From the NCBI RefSeq assembly GCF_006345805.1, contig NC_043005.1, positions 3,968,001 to 4,032,000 on the forward strand: 64,000 bases of DNA, written 5' to 3'. Position 1 is the stretch's first letter. Each line of letters begins with the position of its first letter. The position numbers and the translations under genes are program-made. The stretch comes from Octopus sinensis (lineage: Eukaryota). Under the pieces are notes generated by a model. The model was not told where the DNA came from and did not search any database. It saw only the letters and a list, made by a program, of their open reading frames with translations. This document shows positions 12,774-25,527 of this stretch, one piece after another.

Positions 12774-12775
<2 letters not shown>
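12605..12775 (+). mobile_element. SINE family A, 5' half
   Basis: GGCGCAGG.TGGCTGTGTGG...GGGTTCAGTACCACTGCGTGG...GAAAGAAGCCCGTCG. Confidence 0.9.
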
Positions 12776-12804
<29 letters not shown>

Positions 12805-12941
12805 CCATCCATCCATCCATATATATATATATATATATATATATTTCGTTTTTGGATTTGGTTTGCAAGATTCTTTATATGAGTTCGTGAGTTGTAGCAT
12901 ATTCTGTTGTGTCTGGGGAGAGTCATTCTCTTTTAGTGCCT

Positions 12942-13326
12942 TACTAGCAGTATCGCCCGGCGTTGCTCGGGTTTGTAAGGGAAATAACTATAAAGCATTT
13001 TTAGAGAGTTATAGCCAAAAAATAGCAAAAAAATGGGAAAAAAAGATGGTAAATTTTTTTGAGAGTTAAAAAGGTCGAGTTGCGTCCCCTAGACAGTCTG
13101 TGGTTTGTGTTTCTGATTCTCGACCCCATGTCGAATTTATCGATTTTTTTCAGAACTGGGGGAACTTTTCAAAATTTTCGCTGCGTTAGTTTTGAATTAT
13201 GACATTGGGCTATGTGTGTGTCAAGTTTCATCAGAATCGGTTGAAAGCCGTGGTCAGGGTGAGGGTACAACCTAACAGACACGCAGAAACACACACAGAC
13301 AAACTGCCGTTTATATATAGAGAGAT
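12942..13326 (+). mobile_element. Non-autonomous Helitron/Helentron-like element
   Basis: Starts TACTAGCAGTATCGCCCGGCGTTGCTCGGG (subterminal hairpin); ends AAGTTTCATCAGAATCGG...ACAGACAAACTGCCGTTTATATATAGAGAGAT. Confidence 0.6.
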
Positions 13327-13474
13327 TATTTAACACACTCACCGGTAAAATTTCCACTTATTTCTTATTTTTATTTCCCTAAAATTTTCGTTGCGTCTTG
13401 CAAACCTTTTCTAGTCATGACTCTGTCCGTTATTTACACTGCGTTCCTTTTTGTTTGTGCGCATGTGTGTGGGT

Positions 13475-13516
<42 letters not shown>

Positions 13517-14034
13517 CTATACATGCATGCATGTACGTATGTGTGTGTGCCTATACATGCATGCATGTACGTATGTGTGTGTGTGGTTGGTAAGCAAGCT
13601 ATTTATCATACAGCCACTCCTGCGCCTCTATCTATCTGCCTGCCTGCCTGTCTGTCTGTCTATCTCTGTATCTATATATATCGCCAACTTTGGTTTCAGT
13701 ATGTATTTTAATTCATGATCACATATCCATCACTGTACATATTTCATCTCAATAGCTTATGGGTTTTTGTATGTTTATCCCACCCCAAAATGGAGCAATT
13801 ACCTTCCCCTGTCCCGAATAATAACCATCACCAATTACCTCCCATTTGATTTTTCTACTTGTTGATTCATTTACAAACTTTCATACAAGAATATAGACTA
13901 AAATCTTAAGAAAATACAAAATTACAATAATTTCAATGTCATGATTAGCAAAAGCGAAACCGGTCGACAGCCACAATACTCTTTCATTTAAAATATATTA
14001 AAACTATGTAAACTGTGCATTTTCCTTCTTTTCT

Positions 14035-14090
<56 letters not shown>

Positions 14091-14516
14091 CATTACAACT
14101 CACCGGCTGTAAGGATAATAATTTCATATTATATTGATTCGAATATGTTTGAATAAACTCATGTCTATACGTCAATTTCTCTATTTTCTGGGTTTTTTTT
14201 CTCATTTAAATATATACTAGTATTATAACTCGATTTCATTCTGGTCTACTCGGACCACATTTTAAAGATGATGAATTTTGCCCTAGAGGCCACGCCTTTT
14301 AATTGAAAAAAACTCAAAGTTGCCATGCAAGCTCCCCGGCACTTTTAACATAGGTGTGCAAAGTTTCAGGTCAATCCGACCACATTTACTAACACTTTTG
14401 CCGGCACAACTGCTTGCGAGACAACGTCTGCCCTTTTCACAAATATAATACTATACTTGTTCCACGTCCTCGCGTTGTTGTTTTTTCTCTTTGTGTTTTC
14501 ATATTTGGATTAACTT

Positions 14517-14553
<37 letters not shown>

Positions 14554-15524
14554 AATGGTATCTGTGGGCGTGTGTATGTTGGTTATACTTGCACTGCTCA
14601 TTTATTTAATTTCTTCTTCAGATTCAGATAAAACTGAATACCAGTAATATACTGTTTTCGATCCAAGTCATTCTATGCATTGGTCTCGAAAATTGGCATC
14701 GCGTTTAATCAAACGGGATCCATTACATGAGCACAACATCAACAACGCGCAAACAGACATAAGCACAAATTCGTAAATGATGTATGAAGAGTCGCGTGTA
14801 CTAGAGATGTACACACACACACACATATGCATGAGTACATAATTGTATATACAGATGCGTGCATTCAAGCGTTAACACCTAATGAAATCACGGGTAAAGA
14901 TTTATACAAACGTAAATATTTACACATGCGTAAATATGAAAATGTAACGTAAATGCCTTCATGAATACATACGTATATACACACTCATATAAACACACAT
15001 TTCAGATGTACGCACGATCCTCCACCCGCACGCATATACATACAAGACTGTATACCGTCTCGTTCTCCGTTCAGATATACACAGCTTTAAAATAACAACA
15101 CACACACACAACTAATCTTAGGTCAAAGGTTCACAAACGTACACACCACTTCATGCGTACACTTACACTTCAAAGAACAGTCGCGTACATGCATCACTCC
15201 CCCGCCTCACTGCATACACGATTCACACGCATAACATACGCTACATGTCACTACACTTCACATGCACACACACACTCTCGTCTGCTTCTCTTGTCGTTCA
15301 AACACACAGGCAACTGTACATACACAACTCGTTATGTCGACTATTGCCCCCACGTACACTTTAAAACTTCTCGGAGTCACATATACACAACTACACCACT
15401 TACACGTATACACATCGCTCTTTCGGTTGCGTCTCCGATCTAGTCAGTTCTTTTGAGTGACCTCTCCAAAAAAGGAAAAACCATTTTCATATTTCTCCCA
15501 CCTCTCTGCTTGCGTATTTAACAA

Positions 15525-15765
15525 TCTATATATATATAAAACTGAGAATGTGTGTGTGTGTGTCTGTCTGTGTGAATCCCTAAAACTTGAGAACTACACA
15601 ATCAATTTCAAATTTTACACATGCCTTACTTGGGGTCCATGTAGTGTCATGGGCAAAAAAAATCTTTAACTTCTTGCCTAGGGCGAGCCCACAGCAATAT
15701 CATATATTCTCCACTATTTCAGTATTACGTGTTAAAAGTGAAACAAAAACATCTCTCTATTGTAT
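15525..15765 (+). mobile_element. Helitron-like 5' end fragment
   Basis: A|TCTATATATATATAAAA followed by TGTGTCTGTCTGT, a typical non-autonomous Helitron 5' signature. Confidence 0.5.
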
Positions 15766-16212
15766 GTATATGGATGTGTGTGTATATATATATAACTAAA
15801 CATGAGGGTGTCTGAGAGACACCACCATGCCGAAATAGCGGTCAAATCCCTGACTCTAAAAACCACGTTAAATGTTCATATTGCACAATGAGATAAGACT
15901 GAGGGACAAAATAGACTAGCAAAAAATATTACTGAATAATTCAAGATCCAGGATTTCTAGCTTTGCTTTAAATAAGCTTTGCCGTCATCGGTTGAATATA
16001 TCAAAGCATATAAATACAGAACGTCCATACATACATATACGAACGTCCATACATACATACATATATATGCACGTATGTACAAGGCCAGTTAAATTGCCCG
16101 CCAAACACCTCATAAGCACGATATGGTCAAAATAAACACCGCAGTGAATATAGTGACGAATTATATAATTAATAATTCGTCACTTATATAATATATATAT
16201 ATATATATAATA

Positions 16213-16258
<46 letters not shown>

Positions 16259-16261
16259 GTA

Positions 16262-16301
<40 letters not shown>

Positions 16302-16424
16302 TGTATAATGTATGTCTAGATGTATATATATAGATGTACATGTAATACGTACACATATACACATATATACATGCATACATATATACACCCATACATACCC
16401 CCCCCACACACACAACATACATAC

Positions 16425-16735
16425 ATAGGTGCAGGTGTGGCTGTGTGGTAACAAACTTGGCTCCAAAACACATGGTCCTCAGTTCAGTCCCACTGTGTGG
16501 TAACTTGGCATGTGTCTACTGCTATAGTCTCAGACCAACCAAAGCCTTGTCAGTGGATTTTGTAGACAGAAACTGAAGAAATCAATTGTATGTATATGTA
16601 TGTATATATGTAAGTCTAGGTGTGTCTTGTGTTCTCCCACATCACTGCCTCAAAACTGGTGTTAGTTTATTTACATCCCCATAACTTATGGTTTCACAAG
16701 AAGAAACTGATAGAATAAGTATCAGGCTTATCAAA
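16425..16735 (+). mobile_element. SINE family A, diverged
   Basis: Head and body motifs recognisable. Confidence 0.8.
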
Positions 16736-16852
16736 TATAAAAAAGAATACGCAGTGTCTCATATTTTGTTTGCCCACTCATTTGTATCTATAAATTTATC
16801 TTTGTGTGTGTGTATGTGTGTGTGTGCGTGTGGTACATACATACATACATAC

Positions 16853-16928
<76 letters not shown>

Positions 16929-16937
16929 TATAGAAGG

Positions 16938-16987
16938 AGCTTCTACAGGACTAGTACTGTTTCATCAAGAGAAATCTTCAGGAAGCT
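16938..16987 (-). ncRNA. Mirror copy of the same hammerhead motif
   Basis: Reverse complement of 17219-17269 with a 1-nt deletion in stem II. Confidence 0.65.
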
Positions 16988-17218
16988 ATTTAACAAGAAT
17001 TGTATTAGCATTTTACATTTAGGCAGGTTTAAGGAGTGGTGGTGGGGGACTTTTTTGGGGGTAGGCATAGCGCAAAATATCATACTTGGGGGAGTGGTCA
17101 AGGAGTGGTCACTCCCCCAAGTATGATATTTTGCGCTATGCCTACCCCCAAAAAGTCCCCCACCACCACTCCTTTAAACCTGCCTAAATGTATAAAGCTA
17201 ATACAATTCTTGTTAAAT

Positions 17219-17269
17219 AGCTTCCTGAAGATTTCTCTTGAATGAAACAGTACTAGTCCTGTAGAAGCT
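17219..17269 (+). ncRNA. Minimal type I hammerhead ribozyme motif (GUA cleavage site after 17263)
   Basis: Stem I AGCTTC/GAAGCT; core CTGAAGA...GAAA; stem II TTC/GAA with a U-U at the base; stem III ACAG/CTGT closing a loop with palindromic ACTAGT. Confidence 0.75.
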
Positions 17270-17353
17270 CCTTCTATAATAAATTAATTTTACTCTGCTA
17301 TGTATTGAGTACCTTACTTACTGTGGTTAACCCCGGATCAACCCGGGACCTAC

Positions 17354-17431
<78 letters not shown>

Positions 17432-17509
17432 TATATATATATGGACTCGTAGACAGGAACTGAAACAAATCAATCGTATAATATATATGTATGTATATAT
17501 GTAAGTGTA

Positions 17510-20130
17510 TGTGTTTTGGTATTGGCAACATGAATGACAATGGTCAGAGACTACTTGAATTTTGCACATACCATAACTTGTGCATCACCAACACATTCTT
17601 TGCCAACAAGACATCCCATAAGGAATCTTGGAGACATCCAAGATCTCACTACTGGCATCAGCTGGATCTCATTACACGAAGATCCTTTCTGAATTCTGTT
17701 CAACTGACCCGTAGTTACCACAGCGCGGATTGTAACACAGATCATTCACTAATAAGAGGATTCTGCTTAAAAAAGTCCATCACTCCACAAAAATGGGCCG
17801 ACCACGCATTAACACTGCCAGAACCTCGGACCCTACACATGTTTTGCTGTTTCTAGCAGGGTTGCCCTCAGTAGCTGCCCAACCTCATCTGCTGAAAGTT
17901 GGTGGAATTATATCAAGGAAGCTTTGTATACTACATCAATAGTTACTTTCGGCATGAGAGAAAGGCAAAACCCAGATTGGTTCAGTGCTGGGCTCTCAGA
18001 GCTGGAACCAGTTATCGAAGCAAAGCGTGCAGCTCTGATGATTCTTCTACAAATGATTCTTCTACAAAGTAACTCGAAGAACTAAGAAAGGCAAGAAATA
18101 AAACCCAACTAACTGCCAGACGCTGTGCAAATAGGTATTGGCAGGAAATCTGTCAGAGTATCCAGTCAGCTGCTGACAGTGGCGACACCTGTGGGATGTA
18201 TGCCGGTTTGAAGGAGGCCCTCGGTCCATCCGCAACCAAGTCAGCCCCTCTGAAATCAACTACTGGAGATCTCGTCAAGGACCAAAGCAAGCAAATAGAT
18301 AGATGGGTGGAGTACTACCAGGATCTCTACTTACGGGAGACCACAGTAGCTGAGGCTGCAATCGAGGGTGTCAAGATCTTGCCAGTCATGTGCGAACTTG
18401 ACAGTCTGCCATCTATAGCAGAGCTCACCAAGGCAATTGACTCCCTAGCAAGTAACAAGGATCCGGGAAAAGACGGCATCCCCTGAGAGATCATCAAAAC
18501 CGGCAAAAACACCATCCTGCTTCGGCACGTTCATGAACTTCTGTTTCCCTCAGGATATGCGGAATGCTAACATCATTACGCTTTACAAAAACGAAGGTGA
18601 CCGTGGTGATTGTAACAATTACCGTGGAATATCTCTTCTAAGCACTGTTGGAAAGACCTTTGCTCGCGTTATCCTGTCCAGGCTACAACTGCTTGCTTCT
18701 CGAATTTATCCAGAATCGCAGTGTGGCTTTAGAAGAAGCAGATCAACTATTGACATGATCTACTCAATACGCCAACTTCAGGAGAAGTCCAGAGAGCAGA
18801 AAATGCCATTATATATGCCTTCATTGATCGGACAAAGGCCTTTTCATCCTGCTCTAAAAAATCGGATATTCACCAAAGCTGCTGAGGATCATCAAATCTT
18901 TCCATGATGATATGCAAGGCACCATACAGCACAATGGTTCAACATCAGCCGCCTTCCAAATAAAAAACGGAGTAAAGCAAGGTTGTGTCCTTGCTCCTAC
19001 ATTATTTGGCATCTGCTCGCTGCTGCTGTCACATGCCTTTGAGATGATGGAGTGTTTCTGCACAGTAGAAGTGACGGGAAACTGTTCAATCTCTCGCGTC
19101 TGCGTGCCAACACCAAAATAAGAAGCGTCCTGATCAAGGAGATGCTATTTGCTGATGATGCCGCTCTGGTATCACACACAGAAGAAGCCCTACAAAGGTT
19201 CATCAACTGTTTTGAGCAAGCATGTAGCGACTTTGGCTTAGTTATCAGCCTCAAGAAGACCAACATCATGGGTCGGGCTACATCAGACATCCCAAACATA
19301 CATATTGGAGACTACAGACTACAGGAGGTGGAGAAGTTTACCTATCTTGGCTCTACCGTCACCTACAACCTATCCCTTGATGCTGGGCTCAATATACGCA
19401 TTGGCAAAGCAGCTGCTGTGGTGGCCCAACTCTCCAAACGGGCATGGGACAACAATAAGCTGAACAAAACCACAAAAATGAAGATTTACCAGGCATGTGT
19501 ACTTAGCACTCTACTGTATGGAAGTGAGACTTGGACGCCATACACACGCCAAGAGCGTCGCCTAAATATCTTTCACCTGCGCTGCCTCCGGAAAATCCTT
19601 CGCATCAAATGGCAGAATCATGTCCCCCAACAAAGATGACCTCAAGCAAGCAGGAATACCAAGCATGTTTGCGCTCCTCACACAAAGTCGTATGAGATGG
19701 CTTGGACAAGGACATACTCTACGGAGAGCTTGCCAGGGGCACTAGGTCTGTGGAAAGACTGTTCTAACGATACAAGGTTGTTTTCAAAAGGGACATGAAT
19801 GCCTGCAACATCAATATTACCAACTGGGAAGCAGTTACCAGCAACCTTGGAGATTGGCGACGTACCATAAAAGAGGGAACACAAAGGAGTGACATAGAGA
19901 GAGAGGAGAAATGGAAAGACAAGAAAAGACGTCAACAAGAAACTATGACATTACAACCAGCCAGGCAAAGTCTTCGCTACATTTGCGGCACCTGCCAGAG
20001 GGAGGGTTTGTCCAGAATAGGACTACACAGCCACATCAGGTGTATTAGGACATGAAATATAAAAGCCGGACTAGATTATTTTATGCGCAACTCCATTGTC
20101 TCCCGAGACAAAAAGGATGCTAACAACAAT
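17510..20130 (+). mobile_element. 5'-truncated RTE-clade LINE (endonuclease C-terminus, RT, 3' end), multiply frameshifted
   Basis: FGIGNMNDNGQRLLEFC, NYRGISLLSTVGKTFARV, GVKQGCVLAPTLF, LFADDAAL, YLGS motifs; 3' end CTCCATTGTCTCCCGAGAC...TAACAACAA. Confidence 0.92.
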
Positions 20131-20171
20131 ATATATGGATTTCATAGACAGGAACTGAAACAAATCAATCG

Positions 20172-22790
20172 GTTCGAGACACGAGAACGATAAAATGACC
20201 TAGCAGCTCGCCAAATGAGATTGATAAAATGACTTAGCGATTCGGCAAAAATGATCGATAAAATGAATTCGAGGTTCGACAAACGAGATCGATAAAATGA
20301 CCTAGCGGTTCGCAGAACTTGTATGTATATATGTATGTATATATGTAAGTATATGTGTGTGTTTTTGTCTCTGTTTCACCCTCATCTCTGCTTCACAATG
20401 GCTGTTCATATATTTACAATGACTTGGCGGTTCGCCAAACGTGATCGATAAAATGACCTAGCAGTTCAACAAACGACATCGATGAAAAGACATAGCGGTT
20501 CGCCAAACGACATCGATAAAATGACCTAGCGGTTCGACAAACATTATCGATAAAATGACTTAGGGTTTCACCAAACAGGTTCGATAAAATGACTAAACGG
20601 TTCGCCAAATGATATCGATAAAATGATACAGCGGTTCGACAAACATGGTCGATAAAAAGACTTAGCGGCTAGCCAATCATATCGATAAAATGACCTAGCG
20701 GTTCGACAAACATGATCGATAAAATGACTTAGGGTTTCACCAAACTACATCGATAAAATGACTTAGCGGCTAGCTGAACAACATCGATAAAATGACCTAG
20801 CGGTTCGACAAACAAGATCGATATAATGACTTAGGATTTCACCAAACTATATCGGTTCCCCAAACATGATCGATAAAATGACCTAGCGCTTCGCCAAACG
20901 ATATCGATAAAATGACCTAGCGGTTCGACAAACATGATCGATAAAATGACATAGCAGGTCGACAAACATGTTCGATAAAATGACTTAGGGTTTCACCAAA
21001 TTACATCGATAAAATGACGTAGCGGCTCGCCAAACTAGATCGATAAAATTACGTAGCGGTTCGAAAAACATGATCGATAAAATGACGTAGCGTTTCGCCC
21101 AACGTGTTCGATAAAATGACTTAGCGGTTCAACAAACGAAATCGATGAAATGACCTAGCGGTTCGACAAACATGATCGATAAAATGACATAGCAGGTCGA
21201 CAAACATGTTCGATAAAATGACTTAGGGTTTCACCAAACTACATCGATAAAATGACGTAGCGGCTCGCCAAACTAGATCGATAAAATTACGTAGCGGTTC
21301 CAAAAACATGATCGATAAAATGACGTAGCGTTTCGCCCAACGGGTTCGATAAAATGACTTAGCGGTTCAACAAACGAAATCGATGAAATGACTTAGCGGT
21401 TCGACAAACATGATCGATAAAATGACCTAGCGGTTCGCCAAACGTTTCGATAAAATCACTTAGCGGATTGCCCAACGTGATCGACAAAATGACTTAGCGG
21501 TGCGACAAACGTAATCGATAAAATGACTTAGCGGTTCTCCAAACAGGATCGATAAAATGACGTAGCGGTTCGCCCAACGTGATCGATGAAATGACTTAGC
21601 GGTTCGCCAAATGAGATTGATAAAATAACCTAGTGTTTCGCCAAACATGATCGACAAAATGACTCAGTGGTTCGCCAAACTAGATCGATAAAATGACCAA
21701 GCGGTTCGCTGAACAAGATCGATAAAATAACCTAGTGTTTCGCCAAACATGATAGATAAAATGACCAGTGGTTTGCCAAACTAGATCGATAAAATGACGT
21801 AGCGGTTCGCCAAACATGATCGATAAAATGATACAGCGGGTTGACAAATGAAATCGATAAAATGACTTAGCGGTTCGTCAAAAGGGATCGATGAAATGAC
21901 TTAGCGGTTCCCCAAATATGAATGATAAAATGACTTAGCGGTTCGCTAAAGGAGGTCGACAAAATGACCTAGTGGTTCCCCAAAACTGATCAATAAAATG
22001 AATTAGCGGTTCGCCAGACGAAATCGATAAATTGACTTAGCTCCTCAGCAAACGAGACCTATAAAATTATGTAGCGCTTCGATAAACGAGAACGATAAAA
22101 TAACTAGCGGTTCACCAAACTAGGTCGATAAAATGACCTAGCGGTTCGCCTAACGTGATACATAAAATGAAATAGCGTTTCGTCAAACGAGATTGATGAA
22201 ATGACTTAGCGGTTCGCTATATGAAATTGATAAAATGAGGTAGCGGTTCGGCAAACGTAATCAATAAAACGACTAAGCAGTTCGACAAACGACATCGATA
22301 AAATGACTTAGCGGTTCGCCAAACGTGATCGATAAAATGTCTCAGAGGTTCGCCAAACGTTATCGATAAAATGACGTAGCGGTTCGACCAACGTGATCGA
22401 TAAAATGACAAACTTTATGAAATAAAATGTTCTAGCGGTTCGAGAAACGTGATTAATAAAATGACTTAGCGGTTCTCCAAACAGGTTCGATAAAATGACG
22501 TAGCGGTTCGCCCAACGTGATCAATAAAATAAATTAGCGGTTCAACAAACGTTATCCATAAAATGACGAAGCGGTTCGAGAAACGACATCGATAAAATGA
22601 CAGCGGTTCGCCAAACTAGAACGATAAAATGACTTAGGGTTTCACCAAACTACATCGATAAAATGACTTAGCGGCTAGCTGAACAACATCGATAAAATGA
22701 TCTAGCGGTTCGCCAAACGACATCTAGCTGTTCGGCAAACGAGATCTATAAAATTATGTAGCGCTTCGACGAGACCGATAAAATGAATTA
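20172..22790 (+). repeat. 34-bp minisatellite (consensus ~TGACTTAGCGGTTCGCCAAACATGATCGATAAAA), roughly 70 units, with a 238-bp higher-order repeat
   Basis: GATA anchors at 20447, 20481 and 20515 (period 34). The variant block at 20951 recurs at 21189 (7x34). Confidence 0.95.
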
Positions 22791-22794
22791 GATC

Positions 22795-24030
22795 ACTTCC
22801 TTCCAAACCGATCGATTGTCTGCCCTCTCCTCCCAGCCTTCAACATCCACACTAAGAGCCTTAAGGTTGTCTTTTGAGGACATTCCGGAAACCTTCTTGG
22901 GTTTAGTCTCTGACGTTTACCATGTTGCAACCCCCCCCCTCAATAAAATAAACTGTTTCGGTAAACTGCCTTTCTCCATCCTAGTAAGGTACCCAGCTGA
23001 AAGGAGCATCTGATTGCGTATGGGGTACATCTCAGGACTGAATGTGTTGGCTTAGACTGCTAAAGCAAGTTTGGTGGAATCTTTCCAATGCTTTGATGCG
23101 ACCAAATGTAGTCTATGACCCAGAAGAGTGAAGAAAAAAAGACAATTAAGACGCACGATTCATAGAAAGTGAACTTGATCTCGATTGTGGTGTCTCTCTT
23201 AAACTACATAAGATTTTCGAACCAACCAAAGTTTTTCTGGCTTTTTCGATCCTCGGATTTACTTCAGAATCAAGGGATCTATCTCTAGAGAGAGTGTTGC
23301 CAAGATAAACGAAAGTGTCAACCACAACCAATCTTGCACCATTAAAGAAGATGTTTGGTTCGGCAGGGGGCTGACCTGGAGGCGGAATAAGTCCAAAAGC
23401 AGTGCATTCATTATGGCATGTATGTCTTCTTCGATGTGAGCAATGAGATATTGTCAGTATAAAGGAACTCACGAACAAGGGCCTAGAAAGTGTTCGATGT
23501 GTTGTGGCGTGTTGATTCAAAAACCGTAGCTGTGATTCCGAAGCGAATGTAGACGCCGATGTCACAGTCCTGGAAAGCGTACGAGACAGTTACAATAAAA
23601 TATATGGAGAAAAAAAAAAAAAAACGGTTGGGGCAAGAACATCACCTTATTTAATAACCCCGTTATCTGTGGAAATTGATTTCAAGAAGTTTAAACAAGC
23701 TTTCATACAGCGACAGAGTAGATTAAACAAGTGGACAACTAAGTTTGCTGGGGATGGTCTGGAGAAGGGTCTTGTTAACAGTGTCGAAGGTTTTTTGTTC
23801 GATTGAAAAAGACCGAGTAAAGAACTATGCGAATGTTCGATGCATTTCTCCCGGAGTTGATGAGCAGAAAAAAAAGACATGTTCATTGTACCAGGACCTG
23901 ATTGAAAACCTCTTTCCGGGAAGACAGAAGCGTTTATCAACTTTGTTAACCGATCAAGTAAGCGTTTTGCAAAAACTTTACCGACCGCTTCAAGCAGGAT
24001 TAGTCCTATGTAATTTCCACACACAGATTT
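22795..24030 (-). mobile_element. Decayed RTE-clade LINE (second family)
   Basis: CGNYIGLILLEAVGKVFAKRLLDRL and VVDTFVYLGNTLSRDRSLDSEVNPRIEKA remnants. Confidence 0.85.
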
Positions 24031-24096
24031 AGATCCCTTTTTCTATATTAATACAAGTATTAATTAACATGTTTGCATGCATATTCTCTATCTATC

Positions 24097-24319
24097 TTCA
24101 TCTCAATCGAAGGAGAGGAGCTTTCTCCGTCCGGGTTGCGGATCCGTGGACCAAGCTGCCAGACGAGATGGTCAAGATGCCGACGACCGCTTTGTTCAAA
24201 GTCTCCCTTGACCTCAAGTGGCGTGAACTCTTTACATGAACACCACCCTGTACTTAACTCCATGTCCCCGATACATGGCCTTGCTATTTGCTTTTGAGCC
24301 AAATTAACTAACTAACTAA
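24097..24319 (+). mobile_element. Short 5'-truncated copy of the young CR1-like LINE with (ACTA)n tail
   Basis: Closely matches 45180-45407. CTATCTATC is duplicated at 24088-24096 and 24320-24328. Confidence 0.9.
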
Positions 24320-24399
24320 CTATCTATCTATCTTATTTCTTTATTGCTCGTGCGCGCGCGCGTATGTGTGTGTGCGTGCGTGTATGAGCGCGTGCGTGC

Positions 24400-24433
<34 letters not shown>

Positions 24434-25480
24434 GTGCGTGTAAAATTAAGACTCATTCGTCAAGTCCAAATAGTTTTAAATTCTTCCATACTGCCATTAT
24501 GACATCATAATAATCTTTTAACGCTTCTTCCGGAGCCGTCGTTTCTCTTTCAACCTTACGCGGTGACTAAAGGCTCGAGAATGCATGCACCAGGGAGATC
24601 GCCCAAACATAGGGATATTTTAAGCACCTTTGAGTTCTTAAACGCCCTCTATAATATGCTGTTTAGTACCATAACAAGGTGTCCCGTGATCTTTTTGTAC
24701 CCGTATGAACTTTTAGCCAAGCAATTTCAGGACAGAAAACCTGGGGGTTCCAACGAGGAAATACAGACTTCACTATCGATATATTCACAGAATATTTTAT
24801 TGTAAACAACTGCGTGACTGTTAAGAGTATGTGACATTAAACAGCAATAAAAATAAAGGTTACTCAACATATATTCATACATGTATGTCAAGAGAGTATG
24901 ATTATTCACTTGGTAAGTATTTTAATAAAGCACAAGTTAGTCGTTATTAAGACGTTTGATAATATTTTCAAGATAAATCTATAATAAACGAAAATAGTTT
25001 CTTCATGAGTTGTTTGATAAACTTCACAAGTCCACATTCATCTTTGAAGAAGTCTTTATGTATCTACTACGATGTATATAAATGTATGTTTGTATACGTA
25101 GTCTTGTCAGTCTCCTACACACACATACACACACACACACATTCTCTCTCTCTCCTCCTCCTCTATATCTCGATGTTTTTCACTCACACACATTCCGAAT
25201 ACATATACACGTAGGCACGCATGTACGTAATTATGTATGATTTTGTGTTTATATATAAACGAGTCGGTACTATTAATATTCCGCGACACCCAGTCGAGCA
25301 CAATGTTATTGAATATTATTGTTTCTTTCTCTTTCACTTTCTGTCACTAATCGTTTTTCTCTTTCTTCTGTTGTTGTTACAGTCCCTTAGTCTTTAATCA
25401 ACTATGACTGGCTGCTAAATTAATGACTAAGTCGCTTGTAATTAAGGTCTTTCACAAAACTTAGGGCACAGGCTTAGTCG

Positions 25481-25522
<42 letters not shown>

Positions 25523-25527
<5 letters not shown>

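Larger units (their letters stand above)
16927..17280. mobile_element. 354-bp fold-back element (170/171-bp arms, 13-nt loop) with a hammerhead motif in each arm
   Basis: 16927-17096 is the reverse complement of 17110-17280 with about 5 differences; flanked by (TA)n and AT-rich sequence. Confidence 0.9.

Noticed and set aside
20172-22790. CRISPR-like array (conserved block plus short variable part)
   Set aside because: The variable part is only ~5 nt and is reused in higher-order blocks. There are no unique spacers or cas genes, the context is eukaryotic, and the unit aligns to a SINE.
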